Notes under the pieces: generated by a model | The model's database searches: none | What the model saw: only the letters and a program-made list of their open reading frames with translations | Told to the model about the DNA's origin: nothing | NCBI GenBank assembly: GCA_965277715.1 | Contig: OZ255836.1 | Location: forward strand, 608,001-672,000 | Length of the DNA stretch: 64,000 nt | Direction: 5' to 3' | From: Gammaproteobacteria bacterium | GTDB taxonomy: Bacteria > Pseudomonadota > Gammaproteobacteria > JBCCGL01 | Shown: positions 38,428 to 48,887 of the stretch, in pieces | Numbering within the stretch: the stretch's first letter is position 1 | Layout of the letters: each line of letters opens with the position of its first letter | Translations under genes and position numbers: made by a program

Positions 38428-39579
38428 ATGAATGCAAATTGGAATTACCCTACGGCGGTGCGTGCAGGTGCAGGCCGTGCCAGTGAGCTACCCGCTGTGT
38501 GCCGTGAGTTACACATGCACGCTCCCTTACTGGTTACCGACCCTGGCCTGGCGGGGTTGCCGATGGTGGATAATGTAGTCACCGCCTGCCAGCAGGCTGG
38601 CCTGGCGATAGCGGTGTTCAGCGATATCAAACCCAACCCGACTGGCACGAATGTCGACAACGGTATTGCCGCGTACCGCGCCGGTAACCACGATGGTGTC
38701 ATTGCCTTTGGTGGCGGCAGTGGATTAGATGCGGGAAAGGCCATTGCTGTCGCGGCGAACCAGACTTGTTCACTGTGGGATCTCGAAGACGTTGGCGACA
38801 ACTGGTTGAATGCCGACGCTGAAAAAATCCCCCCCATTATTGGCGTACCAACCACGGCGGGCACCGGCTCTGAAGTGGGCCGTGCCTCGGTGATTGTCAA
38901 TGAGGTGGAACACAAAAAGGCAATTATCTTTCACCCTAAAATGTTACCGGCCTGTGTGATACTCGACCCCGGGTTGACGGTTGGCCTACCTGCCGGGTTA
39001 ACTGCCGCGACGGGGATGGATGCCCTCTCGCACAACCTGGAGGCCTTCTGTTCGCCGGTATACCACCCGATGGCGGAAGGCATTGCTATTGAAGGCATTC
39101 GCATGATCAAAGAACACCTGCCCACTGCCGTGGCAGACGGCGCCAATATCGAAGCGCGTATGCACATGATCGTCGCCTCATCGATGGGGGCCACCGCCTT
39201 TCAACGCGGTCTCGGCGCGATGCACGCTCTCGCGCATCCACTGGGTGCCATCTACGATGCGCACCACGGCATGTTGAATGCGATTTTGATGCCCTATGTG
39301 TTAAAGGCGAATTACCCTGTTATTAAAAAACCGATTGCACGGCTTGCGCGCTATCTGGATCTGGCGCCCGATTTTGATGCATTTTTAGACTGGGTACTGT
39401 CAATGCGCGAGGATATCGGTATTCACCATGCCCTGTCGGAGATTATTCCAGAAGAGAGTCGCCTGTCGGCGATTGGTGAGATGGCCGTAGTGGACCCCTC
39501 GGCAGGCACAAACCCAATACTGCATGATGCGGCAGCGTATACGAAGATAGTGCGGAGCGCCTATAACGCTGAGTTGTAG
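38428..39579 (+). CDS. Iron-containing alcohol dehydrogenase
   Basis: GGGSGLDAGK, PTTAGTGSE, GMDALSH, HALAH, HHG. Confidence 0.93.
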   Translation: MNANWNYPTAVRAGAGRASELPAVCRELHMHAPLLVTDPGLAGLPMVDNVVTACQQAGLAIAVFSDIKPNPTGTNVDNGIAAYRAGNHDGVIAFGGGSGLDAGKAIAVAANQTCSLWDLEDVGDNWLNADAEKIPPIIGVPTTAGTGSEVGRASVIVNEVEHKKAIIFHPKMLPACVILDPGLTVGLPAGLTAATGMDALSHNLEAFCSPVYHPMAEGIAIEGIRMIKEHLPTAVADGANIEARMHMIVASSMGATAFQRGLGAMHALAHPLGAIYDAHHGMLNAILMPYVLKANYPVIKKPIARLARYLDLAPDFDAFLDWVLSMREDIGIHHALSEIIPEESRLSAIGEMAVVDPSAGTNPILHDAAAYTKIVRSAYNAEL

Positions 39580-39655
39580 CGTTGGTGTGTAGGTGTGTGA
39601 TTACCGGTTATTGAATGCGCTTGCATTCACCTATCAGAACTCACCAGAGTAAACC

Positions 39656-40498
39656 ATGAAGAAGAGACGATTTATACAATGTGATGTATTCAGCCCCACA
39701 CCAATACAGGGTAATGGCCTGGCGGTAGTGGTTGACGCGACAGGCTTGACTGATGCCCAAATGCGGTTATTTGCCGCCTGGACAAATTTGGCGGAGACCA
39801 CTTTTTTGTTACCGCCTGATGACCTTGTGGCCGACTATAAAGTGCGTATTATGACGCCAACCCGGGAGATGCCGTTTGCGGGCCACCCGACGCTTGGCAG
39901 TTGTGCGGCCTGGCTACACACGGGGGGTATACCAAAACAACCAGGTGTTGTTCGTCAGGAGTGCGGTGTTGGCATCGTTGACATCGACATCAGTGGCGAA
40001 ACGCACGCGTTTATTGCGCCACCGACGACAATAACCCCATTACCTGAACAGCAACTGCAGGCGATTATTGACGCGTTGGCGATTTCGCCAAATGCGATTC
40101 TGCACACGGCGCACCTCGACAATGGTCCGGTTTGGCAGGTACTGCAACTGGTGAGTGCAGAGCAGGTATTGGCTGTCAACGCAGCACGGGTTAGCTGGCC
40201 AACGCACAAATACATTGGGCTTATCGGTCAGCACCCAGCGGGCAGTGAGTGTGATTTTGAAGTGCGTATGCTGGCACCTTCCAGTGGCATGAGCGAAGAC
40301 CCGATTACGGGGTCACTAAATGCGGCGATAGCGCATTGGCTACACGCAGAAGGCAGGCTAACCCAAGCGGTGACTGTTGCCCAGGGCACCAATATCAACC
40401 GTCATGGCCGTGTGTCTATTCGCCCGGACTCTCAGAGTAATAACATTTTGATTGGTGGTGATACGCACATCATCATTGATGGTACGGTAATGTTGTAA
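39656..40498 (+). CDS. PhzF-family isomerase
   Basis: DVF, GNGLAVV, NLAETTF, EMPFAGHPT, EDPITGS. Confidence 0.93.
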   Translation: MKKRRFIQCDVFSPTPIQGNGLAVVVDATGLTDAQMRLFAAWTNLAETTFLLPPDDLVADYKVRIMTPTREMPFAGHPTLGSCAAWLHTGGIPKQPGVVRQECGVGIVDIDISGETHAFIAPPTTITPLPEQQLQAIIDALAISPNAILHTAHLDNGPVWQVLQLVSAEQVLAVNAARVSWPTHKYIGLIGQHPAGSECDFEVRMLAPSSGMSEDPITGSLNAAIAHWLHAEGRLTQAVTVAQGTNINRHGRVSIRPDSQSNNILIGGDTHIIIDGTVML

Positions 40499-40546
40499 AC
40501 CATTTTTCGATTCCCTTGTGTAAAAAACCCGATAGGAAACAGACTA

Positions 40547-40900
40547 ATGCCACACGATCAAAAAGTAGATTATCTCGAATTGCCCGCCAATGATTTTGAT
40601 GCGGTGCAGGCGTTTTATGAAAAGGCGTTTAATTGGTCGTTTACCGACTATGGCCCGCAATACCGTGCATTTACTGATGGGAAAATAGACGGTGGTTTTT
40701 ATAAGTCCATACAGCACTCATCAATCGCCAATGGGGCGGTATTAATTGTCCTGTACGCCGCTGATCTGCAACAAACACAGCAAATCGTCACAGCTTGTGG
40801 TGGCCACATTATCAAGGAAATTTTTGTTTTTCCAGGCGGAAGCCGATTTCATTTTGCTGACCCGCACGGTAATGAATTGGCTGTGTGGTCAGATACGTAA
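40547..40900 (+). CDS. VOC / glyoxalase family protein
   Basis: DYLELPA, FTDYGPQY, FPGGSRFHFADPHGNELAVW. Confidence 0.9.
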   Translation: MPHDQKVDYLELPANDFDAVQAFYEKAFNWSFTDYGPQYRAFTDGKIDGGFYKSIQHSSIANGAVLIVLYAADLQQTQQIVTACGGHIIKEIFVFPGGSRFHFADPHGNELAVWSDT

Positions 40901-41329
40901 GCCGGAGTAGTGCTGGTTAGGAATGTGTTTGGAAAGGCTGATTTCAATTTAATCAATGAATTATATTTCCCTTTATAAGCTGCTAGGCGGGTTAAGTATT
41001 TTCGCCTGAGCCTGACCCTCGATGGTTGTTCAGGTCTTTCCATCAATGGCAAAAAACCAGACATCGCAATAAATTAATTAATATTGTTATTTTCAATTTA
41101 TTTGCAGTAGAAATTTGTGTTGCCACATTATCGTTATAACACAGTGATGCTACTACGATCATAATGTGGTTGAAAAACACGGGTTTGTACAACAGTAGTT
41201 TGGTAAATAACACCTAGACCCATGTATTAACTTGCACATAAGTCAATACACGATAACTGGCTTTTTGAAAATCAAAAGGTAAGTTTTATATTTGCAAGAA
41301 ATAAAGGGTGGAGGATGAAGGGTAAAGTT

Positions 41330-41839
41330 TTAGGCTTTTGCCAGTTTTCGGGAAATGCTTTCTTCATCGCATTTACCCGCTACTGTGTAGGCGGGCTGGG
41401 TATTGATAGGTCGGCCTGTCAGGAGGTTTAGGGTTTGCCGGGTGTGTTGCAGACGGCCACGCACGAGGGTGCCGTTCGCGCCATTTCTGAGTTGGCAGTC
41501 GTCGATGATTTGTTTGAATGCCTGCCACAGGGCGGTTAGTTCACTATTGTCTGGTTGTGCGGTTATTGCCTCGGATACGGCGTTTGGCGGAAAACCGTTT
41601 GCCGTTAACCAGGCTTGCAGGGCGTTGTTGTGGTGTTCGAGTTGTTTGAGGATGTCGGTTTTTTCTACTAGTAGGGATTCCAGTTGGCTGTAGTCTGTTT
41701 TTGTTACCGACACGGTAGCAGTTACCGCATTTATGTTTTCCTGTAAGGTTTGCGCCAGCTGGTATTGTTGCTTGAGCAAACCAGACAGTTGATCCGTGTC
41801 GGGTTGTTGGTCAATGCTGTTTTGGATGGCCGTCTGCAT
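41330..41839 (-). CDS. flgN: Flagellar export chaperone FlgN
   Basis: CQLRNGANG motif; position after flgM. Confidence 0.85.
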   Translation of the reverse strand: MQTAIQNSIDQQPDTDQLSGLLKQQYQLAQTLQENINAVTATVSVTKTDYSQLESLLVEKTDILKQLEHHNNALQAWLTANGFPPNAVSEAITAQPDNSELTALWQAFKQIIDDCQLRNGANGTLVRGRLQHTRQTLNLLTGRPINTQPAYTVAGKCDEESISRKLAKA

Positions 41840-41851
41840 TACAGGCGGTCT

Positions 41852-42163
41852 TTACACTTTGCCCAGTGCACGCTCTACTTCCAGGAATTTTTCAGCAATC
41901 AGATCCGGGTTGATCTTGTAGTCACCTGAATTCAGCGCCTGTTTGATCGATTCAACTTTTTCTGAGCTGATAAGCGCATCAGAGGCGAGGGATTTCTCCA
42001 GTTGTTGCAAGGTCTCCGCCGCGTTGGTCAGGTTGACGACATCGGCTGCCCCTGTATTTTGGGATGACTGGGCCTTTGCACTGTTGGTTTTTGCACCATC
42101 GGAAGTCACGCCAGGGACGACGGGAATGTTGCTACGGGAAACACCATTAATCGGTTCATTCAT
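41852..42163 (-). CDS. flgM: Anti-sigma28 factor FlgM
   Basis: DVVNLT, EKVESIKQALNSGDYKINPDLIAEKF. Confidence 0.92.
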   Translation of the reverse strand: MNEPINGVSRSNIPVVPGVTSDGAKTNSAKAQSSQNTGAADVVNLTNAAETLQQLEKSLASDALISSEKVESIKQALNSGDYKINPDLIAEKFLEVERALGKV

Positions 42164-42201
42164 CTTTATGGACTCGTTGAAAAATTATTAAGCTAACCGC
42201 T

Positions 42202-42228
42202 GTATCGGACAAGCTATCGAAATATTGA
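42202..42228 (-). promoter_or_regulatory. Sigma28 promoter of flgM
   Basis: TCAA-N15-TCCGATAC on the minus strand. Confidence 0.7.
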
Positions 42229-42262
42229 GTGTATTACCAGTGTCTTTTATCCTGCATGTGAT

Positions 42263-43048
42263 TTACATGGGGATTTTAACCACTCCTTTACCTGTCACGA
42301 TGCCTTCCACAATACGCCCCGAGCTGGCATTTTTTACCCGTACCGGGCTATTGGCGGTGGCATTGGCCAGCGCTTTGCCTTTCATGCGTACCTGAATACC
42401 CGCAACTGTGGCCAGTAGGGTTACCTGTTGACCACGGTTAACGAGGTAGGGGTGTTTGAGAAGTGCCGGTGTAACCACTTGCCCGTGCCCGATGGTGCGG
42501 GTGACTTGCATGCCCTTTAGTTGTTTTACTTGAGTAAAGTAGCCGGAGCGCAAGGTTGAGAGTCTGCGGGTTTCAAAATCAATATCGTCACTGCTCAGGG
42601 TTTGGTTGCGCAGGAGTGGTTTATTGGTGATGAGTATATTGACGAACATGTCGATGCTTGCAGTGACGTAGATGTTCCAGGGTTTGGCTGTTTGGCAACT
42701 GACACTCAAAAATGTACGGCCCGGTTTGAACTGGTCGTTTACAAAGCTGATGGTCAAGGGTTGACCACAACGGCGCAGGCGCAGGCGGGTGTCTATTTTC
42801 CCCACAGTGGAGGTCACCGGGTAGGTACTACCAAAATCGTATGTGTCAATAAATTGTTGTATTTGCTGGCGAATGTTGTTGATCGATTGGTAAGGTGTGT
42901 CGGCAAATACAAAAGTAGGGAGCAGGAGTGCCGCTAATAGCCATAAGGTTTTCCGCCTTGCCTTAACTTTGTGGGCAATGTTTTCCAACGCCCGTGTTTT
43001 GGACTGCCTTGTCGCGCTGAATCGCTGCCTGTATATCGTGATCATCAT
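42263..43048 (-). CDS. flgA: Flagellar P-ring formation chaperone FlgA
   Basis: DTRLRLRRC, LVNRGQQV, MKGKAL, VRVKNASSGRIV; start uncertain. Confidence 0.92.
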   Translation of the reverse strand: MMITIYRQRFSATRQSKTRALENIAHKVKARRKTLWLLAALLLPTFVFADTPYQSINNIRQQIQQFIDTYDFGSTYPVTSTVGKIDTRLRLRRCGQPLTISFVNDQFKPGRTFLSVSCQTAKPWNIYVTASIDMFVNILITNKPLLRNQTLSSDDIDFETRRLSTLRSGYFTQVKQLKGMQVTRTIGHGQVVTPALLKHPYLVNRGQQVTLLATVAGIQVRMKGKALANATANSPVRVKNASSGRIVEGIVTGKGVVKIPM

Positions 43049-43063
43049 AATGTCCGATACCAA

Positions 43064-43080
43064 AGCAATCTATACGCCAG
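43064..43080 (-). promoter_or_regulatory. Sigma54 promoter of flgA
   Basis: CTGGCGTATAGATTGCT on the minus strand, GG-N10-GC. Confidence 0.7.
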
Positions 43081-43089
43081 TATTTAGGT

Positions 43090-43116
43090 TAAAGCATTTA
43101 ACCGGGCGTCCGCTAT
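43090..43116 (+). promoter_or_regulatory. Putative sigma28 promoter of cheV
   Basis: TAAA-N15-TCCGCTAT. Confidence 0.5.
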
Positions 43117-43154
43117 AGGCAAAGGTGTTTTTTGAATAAACCGGGAGTGGGGTT

Positions 43155-44105
43155 ATGACAGGTTTTATCGCAGCAGTGGATGCGAGAACGCAACTTGCCG
43201 GCCAGAACCGTATGGAGTTGTTGTTGTTTCGCCTGCGGGGTCATCGACGCTTTGGTATTAATGTGTTTAAGGTCCGGGAGGTTATCCAGTGCCCCCGGTT
43301 AACGGTTGTGCCGCAGGCTAATCATGTTGTCCGTGGTGTTGCCAATATTCGTGGCAAAACTATTTCGGTTATTGATCTCGGTGTTGCGATTGGTATGCCA
43401 CCTATTGAACATACAGCGGATGCTTTTCTGGTGATTACCGAATACAACCGCCATATACAGGGGTTTTTGGTGGGGTCGGTAGACAGTATTGTCAACCACA
43501 ATTGGGAGCAGATTTTGTCGCCGCCGTCTGGCACATCTACGCAAGGTTATTTGATCGCGGTTACGCATGTAGGTGAAGAGTTGGTGGGTATTCTCGATGT
43601 GGAGCGTGTGCTGGCTGAGTTAATGGGCAGTGAGGTCGAAGTATCGGAGGCATTGCGCAAAGCACATGCTATCGGTGACCAGGCGAAAAAACTGGTGTTG
43701 ATCGTCGATGATTCGGTTGTGGCACGCAATCAGGTCAAACGCACGGTTGAGCAGTTGGGTGGTGATACGGTAGTCGCCTGCGATGGCCGGGAAGCCTGGG
43801 GTATGCTCACGCGTTGGGCCGAGCAGGGCAGCGAAGAGTTTGAGCAGTTGGCGCTGATTGTGTCTGATATTGAGATGCCGCAGATGGATGGCTACACCTT
43901 GACGACAAAAATTCGTGAACACCCGGACCTCAAACATTTTGGTGTGATGCTGCATACCTCAATGAGTGGTGGGTTTAACGAATCCATGATTGAAAAAGTG
44001 GGGGCAGATGCCTTTATACCCAAATTTGACCCCGAGGAGTTAAGCCGGACTTTGTTTGAGAATATGAACAAACGGCATGTACCCACAGCTACTGTGGTCG
44101 CCTGA
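43155..44105 (+). CDS. cheV: Chemotaxis protein CheV
   Basis: NRMELLLFRL, FGINVFKVREV (CheW domain) plus REC domain SDIEMPQMDGY. Confidence 0.96.
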   Translation: MTGFIAAVDARTQLAGQNRMELLLFRLRGHRRFGINVFKVREVIQCPRLTVVPQANHVVRGVANIRGKTISVIDLGVAIGMPPIEHTADAFLVITEYNRHIQGFLVGSVDSIVNHNWEQILSPPSGTSTQGYLIAVTHVGEELVGILDVERVLAELMGSEVEVSEALRKAHAIGDQAKKLVLIVDDSVVARNQVKRTVEQLGGDTVVACDGREAWGMLTRWAEQGSEEFEQLALIVSDIEMPQMDGYTLTTKIREHPDLKHFGVMLHTSMSGGFNESMIEKVGADAFIPKFDPEELSRTLFENMNKRHVPTATVVA

Positions 44106-44314
44106 TTCGTTTAGCTTAATCTGCCGTTGGATTTTAGTCGGCAGGGCGTGCAGCGGTTTGCCGATTTACGGCAAGTATTGTCCTGAGAAAAGGGTTGTGA
44201 CGGCTCCCTTATCGTGGTGCTTTTAGCGCGGCGTTATTTTAGCGCGGCATAAGGTAATGTATTTGTAGCGGGTTTTACTGTCGGCAATGCATTTTTGCGT
44301 ATTTTAATACGGAG

Positions 44315-44330
44315 TGGCACGGCTACTGCT
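44315..44330 (+). promoter_or_regulatory. Sigma54 promoter of the flgB operon
   Basis: TGGCACGGCTACTGCT, GG-N10-GC. Confidence 0.8.
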
Positions 44331-44366
44331 TAGTGTTCACCACGACCAATCGTGGAGCGGTACACA

Positions 44367-44771
44367 GTGCAGCAAATACTCGACAAAGCAATGGGCATAC
44401 ACGATGATGCACTGCGCCTTAGAGCTTACCGCTCAAACATTATCGCCTCTAATATCGCCAATGTGGATACACCGCGCTATAAAGCTAAGGATATTGATTT
44501 TAAACGCGTTTTAAGTCGGCAGGTCACCCCCGGTGGTGTCGACCCGGTGGCTATCGGTACCACTAACGCCCGCCATATCAGTATTAAACAACCGTTATTA
44601 AGTGCTGAGCAACAGTACCGCAATCCCCTACAGGCGTCGCTGGATGGCAACACCGTCGACGCGCACGTCGAGTACAGCCAGTTCACCCAAAACACCATCC
44701 AATATCAGTCGAGCCTGCAATTTTTGAGTGGCCGTTTCAAGGGCTTACAGAAAGCGATAAAAGGCGAATAA
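44367..44771 (+). CDS. flgB: Flagellar basal body rod protein FlgB
   Basis: IASNIANVDTPRYKAKD, DGNTVD; GTG 44367 after GGAG. Confidence 0.96.
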   Translation: MQQILDKAMGIHDDALRLRAYRSNIIASNIANVDTPRYKAKDIDFKRVLSRQVTPGGVDPVAIGTTNARHISIKQPLLSAEQQYRNPLQASLDGNTVDAHVEYSQFTQNTIQYQSSLQFLSGRFKGLQKAIKGE

Positions 44772-44773
44772 GT

Positions 44774-45181
44774 ATGTCTCTGATGCACAATTTTGATGTG
44801 GCGGGCAGTGCGATGAGCGCGCAATCGCTGCGCTTGAATATCACTACCAGCAATATGGCGAATGCCGACACGATCAGTGCCGACAGGGAATCTGCCTACC
44901 GGGCGCGCAGCCCGGTATTCAGTTCTATGTTAATCAACCGGGCGCAAGAGTCGGTGGGGGTGGAGATGCTGGGTGTCATCGAAAGCCAACGACCCGTGAC
45001 GGCGCGCCATTCGCCGGGGCACCCACTCGCTGATGCCGATGGCAATGTCTATTCCTCAAACGTCAATGTGATTGAGGAGATGGTCAATATGATCTCTGCT
45101 TCACGCAGTTATCAGAGCAATATCGAAGTGCTCAATACCTCTAAACAATTGTTGATTCGAACGCTGAGTCTGGGGCAATAA
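44774..45181 (+). CDS. flgC: Flagellar basal body rod protein FlgC
   Basis: SNMANAD, PGHPLAD, EMVNMISASRSYQSN. Confidence 0.96.
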   Translation: MSLMHNFDVAGSAMSAQSLRLNITTSNMANADTISADRESAYRARSPVFSSMLINRAQESVGVEMLGVIESQRPVTARHSPGHPLADADGNVYSSNVNVIEEMVNMISASRSYQSNIEVLNTSKQLLIRTLSLGQ

Positions 45182-45254
45182 ACCAGCCTTAATCTGTCAA
45201 TTAAATACTGCTAATCAGGGGCTGACCTACTGTGGCCTGGTGTGGAAAGAAACC

Positions 45255-45935
45255 ATGAATATTAATGAAACCAATGGCACGAGTATTTTTGAGCAGCTTA
45301 ATCTGGCTCAACAGACCGCCAATGACAGTAATAGCAGCGAGCTGGGTCAAACGGACTTTCTTCAGCTAATGACCACGCAATTGCAAAATCAGGATCCGTT
45401 TTCACCGCTGGAAAACGGTGAGTTTATTGGTCAGTTAGCCCAGTTTGGCACCGTTTCCGGTATTGAGACATTGCAGCAGTCGTTTGAGAGCTTTGCCGGT
45501 GCATTGCAGTCCAACCGGGCGCTTGAGGCATCGGTCATGGTAGGGCGCTCGGTCCTGGTGCCCGGTGCCACAGCGGCGCTGGCGCAAGGCGGCACGCTCA
45601 GCGGTGGGGTCAGCCTGCCCGCAGCGTCTGATAATGTTGTGGTCAAGGTGCACAACACAAGTGGTGAACTGGTCGCGACGCGCAACCTCAATGGTCAGGC
45701 GGCGGGCATTGTCCGGTTTACATGGGATGGTCTCAATGACGGCGGCGACCCGGTGGTGGCCGGTAATTACCAGATCCAGGCCGAAGCACAGATTGGTAAT
45801 GAGGTTGAGCAGCTTGGCACGTTTGTTTCCGGCAATGTCGATAGCGTGACACTGGGGGGCAGTGCCGGTGAGTTCACCTTGCACGTGGCGGGCATTGGCG
45901 ATGTGCGTATCGATGATGTTGTACAGATTAACTAA
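45255..45935 (+). CDS. flgD: Flagellar hook capping protein FlgD
   Basis: FLQLMTTQLQNQDPFSP. Confidence 0.95.
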   Translation: MNINETNGTSIFEQLNLAQQTANDSNSSELGQTDFLQLMTTQLQNQDPFSPLENGEFIGQLAQFGTVSGIETLQQSFESFAGALQSNRALEASVMVGRSVLVPGATAALAQGGTLSGGVSLPAASDNVVVKVHNTSGELVATRNLNGQAAGIVRFTWDGLNDGGDPVVAGNYQIQAEAQIGNEVEQLGTFVSGNVDSVTLGGSAGEFTLHVAGIGDVRIDDVVQIN

Positions 45936-45965
45936 ACCTAAAACCTTAGCAGAGAGGAATTAACT

Positions 45966-47231
45966 ATGTCATTTGCAATCGCTTTGAGCGGTCTTAACGC
46001 GGCCAATGCTGAGTTGTCGGTCACCAGTAATAATATTGCCAATGTCGGCACCGTTGGGTTTAAAGGATCGCGGGCGGAGTTTGCTGATGTTTATTCAGTC
46101 AATCAGTTCAGCACATCGAGAACCTCGATTGGTTCGGGGGCGCTGTTGAGTCAGGTGCGGCAGTTGTTTACCCAGGGCAGCCTGGAGTATTCAGAGAATA
46201 GCCTGGATCTGGCGGTCAATGGGCAGGGTTTTTTTGTGACCTCGACAGACCGCAATACATTCAATCCCTCCTATACACGGGCCGGGGCATTTGGGGTCGA
46301 TGCACAAGGTTATGTCACCAATCCCCAGGGGCAGTTCTTACAGGTATTTCCAGTGGATACAACGACTGGCAATGCCACCTCCACAAGTGCCTCTGCTGCG
46401 CGGGCGTTACAGGTGCCGGATTCTTTTGGACCACCCAATCCGACGTCCAATATAGGGGTTGGGGTCAATTTGCCCGCAACGGCAACCTCACTCGACCCGG
46501 CGTTATTTAACAGTGCGAATGCCAGCACTTATACCAATACCACCTCGACGACGATTTTTGACTCTCTAGGCACATCACACACCCTGCAGACGTTCTTCAT
46601 CAAATCGAATGCGGCGGCCAATACCTGGGAGACACGCACGCTTATCGATGGCAATGCCATCACGCCGGCTGCGGGTGCAGATGAAACACTGGTATTTAAT
46701 CCCAGCGGTGTTTTCCAAACGCCAGCGGGCGGTACCGTACAGTATGCCCCCAGCCCTTTGGCCAATGGTGCCAGCCCACTCAGTATCACGGTCGATTACA
46801 CCCCCGCTGCGGGTACAGATTCAACCCAGTTCTCATCCGGTTTTCTGGTGTCATCGTTGTTGCAGGACGGTGCCGGTACGGGCCGTTTGAATGGTTTGGA
46901 AGTCGGTGATAATGGTTTGGTACGGGGCAACTACACCAACGGTGAGGCGCGATCACTAGGGCGCATTATTATCTCTGATTTTACCAATGCGCAGGGTCTG
47001 CGGCAGGTGGGTAACACTATGTGGCGTGAGACATCGGCCTCTGGTCAGGCATTGATCGGTGAGGCCTCCACAGGCCGCTTTGGTTCGGTACAGTCCGGTG
47101 CAGTGGAGACCTCTAATGTAAAGCTCACGAATGAATTGGTGAAGCTGATTACCGCGCAGCGCAATTTTCAGGCCAGTGCCAAGGCGATCGAGACTTCAAA
47201 CACTGTCACTCAAACCGTTATCAATATCTAA
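45966..47231 (+). CDS. flgE: Flagellar hook protein FlgE
   Basis: SNNIANVGTVGFKGSR, ELVKLITAQRNFQA. Confidence 0.96.
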   Translation: MSFAIALSGLNAANAELSVTSNNIANVGTVGFKGSRAEFADVYSVNQFSTSRTSIGSGALLSQVRQLFTQGSLEYSENSLDLAVNGQGFFVTSTDRNTFNPSYTRAGAFGVDAQGYVTNPQGQFLQVFPVDTTTGNATSTSASAARALQVPDSFGPPNPTSNIGVGVNLPATATSLDPALFNSANASTYTNTTSTTIFDSLGTSHTLQTFFIKSNAAANTWETRTLIDGNAITPAAGADETLVFNPSGVFQTPAGGTVQYAPSPLANGASPLSITVDYTPAAGTDSTQFSSGFLVSSLLQDGAGTGRLNGLEVGDNGLVRGNYTNGEARSLGRIIISDFTNAQGLRQVGNTMWRETSASGQALIGEASTGRFGSVQSGAVETSNVKLTNELVKLITAQRNFQASAKAIETSNTVTQTVINI

Positions 47232-47263
47232 CGTGGTTGCATTGGACGCAGTGGAGTTGACAC

Positions 47264-48004
47264 GTGGATAAGCTGCTGTACACGGCAATGACGGGTGCTA
47301 AAAACGTACTGTTTGCGCAAAGCACTAACGCCAATAACCTGGCCAATGTGAACACTTACGGGTTTAAGGCGGATCTGGACTTTTTTGTCTCGGAGCCAGT
47401 GTACGGCCCTGGACACCCGACGCGGGTGTACGCCGAGGATGCCCGCGCCGGGTTTAACACTGCCGCTGGCAGCCTGATCCAGACCGGATACCCACTGGAC
47501 ATCGGTATTACCGGTGAGGGGTGGATCGGTGTGCAGGCAGACGACGGCAGTGTGGCTTACACCCGGCGCGGTGACCTGCGCATCGATGCCTCCGGGCTAT
47601 TGCTCAATGGTGAGGGCCGCCTGGTATTAGGTGACAGTGGTCCCATCACTGTTCCCCCCAGTGAATCGTTGATTGTGGGGCGCGATGGCACTATCAGTAT
47701 TCGCCCCCTGGGGGCCGGTGCCAATGAGCTGGCAAATATCGACCGGGTGTTGCTGGTCAACCCGCCGGAGCAGGATATCGTTAAGGGTAATGATGGTTTG
47801 TACCGGCTGAAAAGCGGCGAGCAGGCAGAGCCGGATGCGTTTGTCCAGGTGACATCCGGGGCTATTGAGGCGAGCAATGTCAATTCAGTTGAAGCCCTGG
47901 TCAATATGATTGAGTACGGGCGCAATTTCGAGTCGCAGATACGCTTTTTTCAGGTGGCCGAGGACATGGACGCACAATCGGCACGCCTGATGAGCCTGAC
48001 ATAA
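47264..48004 (+). CDS. flgF: Flagellar basal body rod protein FlgF
   Basis: MDKLLYTAMTGA, ANNLANVNT. Confidence 0.95.
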   Translation: MDKLLYTAMTGAKNVLFAQSTNANNLANVNTYGFKADLDFFVSEPVYGPGHPTRVYAEDARAGFNTAAGSLIQTGYPLDIGITGEGWIGVQADDGSVAYTRRGDLRIDASGLLLNGEGRLVLGDSGPITVPPSESLIVGRDGTISIRPLGAGANELANIDRVLLVNPPEQDIVKGNDGLYRLKSGEQAEPDAFVQVTSGAIEASNVNSVEALVNMIEYGRNFESQIRFFQVAEDMDAQSARLMSLT

Positions 48005-48088
48005 ACCGTGTAACGCAGGTTAAAGCACGGGCCAATAATGACAAGCTAATAATGACAACTAGAGTGACAAAATGAACCAGGTGACAAA

Positions 48089-48874
48089 ATGAATCCGGCA
48101 CTGTGGATTGCCAAGACCGGCCTCGACGCACAGCAAACGCGGATAGGGGTTATTTCCCATAACCTGGCAAATGTCAGCACGACAGGCTACAAGCGCGAGC
48201 GCGCAGTCTTTGAAGATCTTTTTTACCAGAATATACGCCAGCCCGGTGCGCAGACATCGCAAAACACGCTACTGCCCTCGGGGTTGACGCTGGGCACCGG
48301 GGTGCGCGTTGTCGCCACTGAAAAGCTACACACGCAGGGCAATGTGTTGCAAACCCAGAACTCGCTTGATCTCGCCGTCAATGGCCGGGGCTTTTTCCAG
48401 GTTCTGCTGCCAGACGGCAATATCGCCTACACCCGCGATGGCAGTTTTAATCTCGATGCACAGGGCGGGATGGTGACATCCAACGGCTATGCGCTGCAAC
48501 CGGCTATCACGGTGCCCACTGGCACGCAAAGCCTCGAAGTCGGCGGTGATGGGGTGGTCACGGCCTTACTTGATGGGGCAACCGCACCCACGGCGGTAGG
48601 CAATTTAACCCTGGTCGATTTTATCAACCCGGTCGGTTTGCTGCCGGTTGGTGAGAACCTCTACCAGGCGTCGGTCGCCAGTGGCGCTGCCACCACCGGC
48701 ACCCCAGGGGCCGCCGGTTTTGGCGCTATCCGCCAGGGCTTTTTGGAAACCTCCAACGTCAATATTGTCGAGGAGCTGGTCAGCATGATTGAGACACAGC
48801 GGGCTTATGAAATGAATTCCAAGGTGATTTCCACTACCGACGATATGTTGCAATACCTGAACAATAACGTTTAG
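48089..48874 (+). CDS. flgG: Flagellar basal body rod protein FlgG
   Basis: [22 protein letters not shown]. Confidence 0.97.
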   Translation: MNPALWIAKTGLDAQQTRIGVISHNLANVSTTGYKRERAVFEDLFYQNIRQPGAQTSQNTLLPSGLTLGTGVRVVATEKLHTQGNVLQTQNSLDLAVNGRGFFQVLLPDGNIAYTRDGSFNLDAQGGMVTSNGYALQPAITVPTGTQSLEVGGDGVVTALLDGATAPTAVGNLTLVDFINPVGLLPVGENLYQASVASGAATTGTPGAAGFGAIRQGFLETSNVNIVEELVSMIETQRAYEMNSKVISTTDDMLQYLNNNV

Positions 48875-48887
48875 AGGCCAGATCAGT

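Noticed and set aside
41230-41258. dif-like site (ACTTGCACATAA...)
   Set aside because: No XerD arm resembling TTATGTTAAAT at the correct spacing
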